Below, in pieces: positions 61,839-64,000 of a DNA stretch of 64,000 bases (its first letter is position 1; each line of letters starts with the position of its first letter). Source of the DNA: Dicyema japonicum (lineage: Eukaryota; Animalia; Dicyemida); the NCBI GenBank assembly GCA_011109175.1, contig RDEW01000008.1, forward strand, positions 175,145 through 239,144, read 5' to 3'. The notes under the pieces were generated by a model. That model did not search any database. It had not been told where the DNA came from and was given only the letters and a program-made list of their open reading frames with translations. Position numbers and translations under genes: made by a program.

Positions 61839-62500
61839 GCCTGGAGCTTCCTATCTACCCCCAACTGCTTCAGATAACCCTTGTGGTACTTTGTTGCAAT
61901 TCCTTCCCACGTCATTACTATAGGAATAACGAGGACCTTGCAACCAAGCATCTGCCCCATCTCGTTTGCAAGAAAGTCATACTTCCTTTTTTTCTCCACC
62001 TCCACAGTCTGCAAACGGCCTTGAAACGTAATGCCAACCTCTATGATAAGGACTTGGCCAGACTCCTTATCGTGTACCACAATGTCCGGTTAATTGTGCT
62101 TGACTAGCACCGAGGTACGGATAACATTGTCTACCTTAATTTGTACCCTGGTGTTCTCTACTACAGATTGCACCTTATGAGTCCGCAACTTTCTGGTGTG
62201 GCGAATACCATACTTATTGCATAGTAGAAGATGAAGACTCCTTACTACCTCGTTATGCCTCCACACATAATCGTGGCAGAGCATGGATCCACATCGAGTG
62301 GCTAAATGATCAACCGACATGCTCCTTGACTTACAGTGGGGACATGTATTTGTTGATCGACCCCAAAAAATATTGCGGTCTTGCATATACGTGTACAGCG
62401 CCTCCGATCGAGGTGAGTTGTCACTGTATTTTAGCCATATTGTCGACGACTTAAGGTCGACATGTGATTTGTTTAATGCTCTGAAGAGGACCATATGATT
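61839..62500 (-). mobile_element. R4-like RLE 3' region with continuous reading frame
   Basis: QDRNIF, CPHC...VDHLATRC, RHNEVVRSLH, KHNKPDIMV, IEVGIT, EKKRKYDFLANE, IPIVMTWEG. Confidence 0.9.
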
Positions 62501-63367
62501 ATGATTATCGATTTATATAATCAATTAAAATGTCTATATACAATTAACAATTAAGGAAAATAGCTGATTGGCTAGAAGTCAATTAGTGAGCAATAGTTGT
62601 AAACTCGTAGTCAAAAAACGAAAAGGCTATTTAGAGTGTCCCATAAAAGGAAAAAGGGATTTTTTTTATCAATAAGAGATTATTTTTTATAAAGAATAAG
62701 GCGCATAAACTAANATTGGTTAGAGGTCAATTAGTGAGCAATAGTTGTAAACTCATAGTCAAAAAACGAAGGGGCTATTTAGAGTGTCTCATAAAAGGAT
62801 AAAGGGATTTTTTTATCAGTAAGAAATTATTTTTTATAAAGAATAAGGCGCATAAACTAATCAAAACGCACTTTCCTCTGCTTGTTATCACTGCATTTTG
62901 ACGTGGACTAATCTCACTCGAGAGGCTAGCAAACACCCCGAAGAAATAACAACATTCTTTTTTGCTAATGGTCGGAACCTAGTTTAAGAGGCTACGTGTA
63001 TATGCCATAAAGCATTTCTAACGATGATAATGATCTAAAAGCTATAAACCTTAATAATGTAAATTTCCCTAAACATTTCCAACTATGATCGAATTCTAAA
63101 GATGCTTTATTAAAAGTCTTCAGTAAACAGTAAATTGATTGTCGTCGTATGTGCGCACGTTTGTCGCGGAAAATTTGTCTCTCCAGGTCATGCTTTTAAG
63201 CAAACCGAGTTTCAGAATAGAAGAATGGCAAAAAAATAAAATAATGAACGTTACTTAATATATAATTTATGAGATTCTTCTAAAATATAATTTAATCAGA
63301 TTTTTGAGCAAACGGATCAATTACAAAATTGGATGAAGTTACCATATAATAGGGGTCACCAAAGATT

Positions 63368-63650
63368 TTAAATCGATGGTTGGATCTGTGTGGAGCAAAA
63401 AAATATAAGAGAATTAGTTAGCTTGCTCCAAGCTCTTCTGTTCTTAGCTAGGTCCCTCAGTGAGTCCAGATCGTCACCAGATAGCAATGTTTTCTTCACG
63501 ACTTTCAGATCGTTTTGTAAAACGACCGGGAGGGTTGTTCTCGGTCTTCCATGAAAGTTTTTACATTGGAGGAGGAGTTCTAATCTTCCATTGCGATATT
63601 CGGGAGGTGGAAACATCGGACACCACTTGTGTCTACGAAAAAATTATTTT
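63368..63650 (-). mobile_element. RTE 3' fragment
   Basis: GRPRTTLPVVLQNDL...DDLDSLRDLAKNRRAW aligns with the 50011 and 58838 RTE C-termini. Confidence 0.85.
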
Positions 63651-64000
63651 ATTTTATTTATGTACATTTATTTTTTTGAAATAACGCTTGTGAGTTATAA
63701 TTTGGTTACCAATTGTTTAGCGCTCAAAAACCGATGGCCAAAGTGAAAAGGCACAGATTTCCGGGAGTATGGAAGCTTCACTTTCTTCAGTGTTATGTGG
63801 TATACGTATTTGAAGCTCGTTGATACCGAGGCGTTTTACGGCTTTAATTACAATTCAGTCGTCGATCATTTGAAAGACAGAGGCAAAAAAATAGCGTCCT
63901 CAATTTTTGAATGGTTCAAAGAATGCGAATTTGGTCACTAAAGGTAAATGTGGCTCTCATTTTATTTTGGAAAGTCAAAGGCAGCGTGTGTTTTTTTTAA

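Noticed and set aside
60161-62500. Microsporidian origin of the window
   Set aside because: Some TEs look microsporidian-like, but 5-7 introns per gene, degenerate donors and animal-type GATA intron positions do not fit intron-poor microsporidia.
62560-62860. About 150-bp tandem repeat
   Set aside because: The two copies are separated by the single n at 62714, so they are most likely overlapping contig ends or haplotypes.

Overview
This is AT-rich eukaryotic DNA, almost certainly animal, with no operons or CRISPR. Compact host genes sit as islands among mostly decayed transposable elements, and several N gaps or single-n joins interrupt the window. Four spliced host genes were reconstructed by hand: a two-finger GATA factor with a degenerate N-finger (-), FRG1 (+, 5' end lost at an assembly join), and two paralogous LAMP-fold-like surface proteins. 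All 22 introns in these models are only 21-28 nt long, which points to a miniaturised-intron animal parasite such as a dicyemid (inference). One tRNA-Glu(TTC) gene and a tRNA-derived SINE family are present. LINEs include a full-length RTE with a 13-bp TSD and a single frameshift, CRE-like and R4-like RLE elements, and an APE-type LINE family. That family carries a 2A/StopGo motif and a 3' stem-loop that overlaps the stop codon and shows compensatory base changes between copies. DNA transposon remnants include a Tc1 IR/DR element, pogo/Tigger, hAT, a Merlin-like MITE, and IS630-like and integrase fragments. There is also a 1.85-kb duplication, plus two unexplained hairpin-rich segments. Boundaries of decayed elements are approximate. 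Family assignments come from motif recognition, not database searches.
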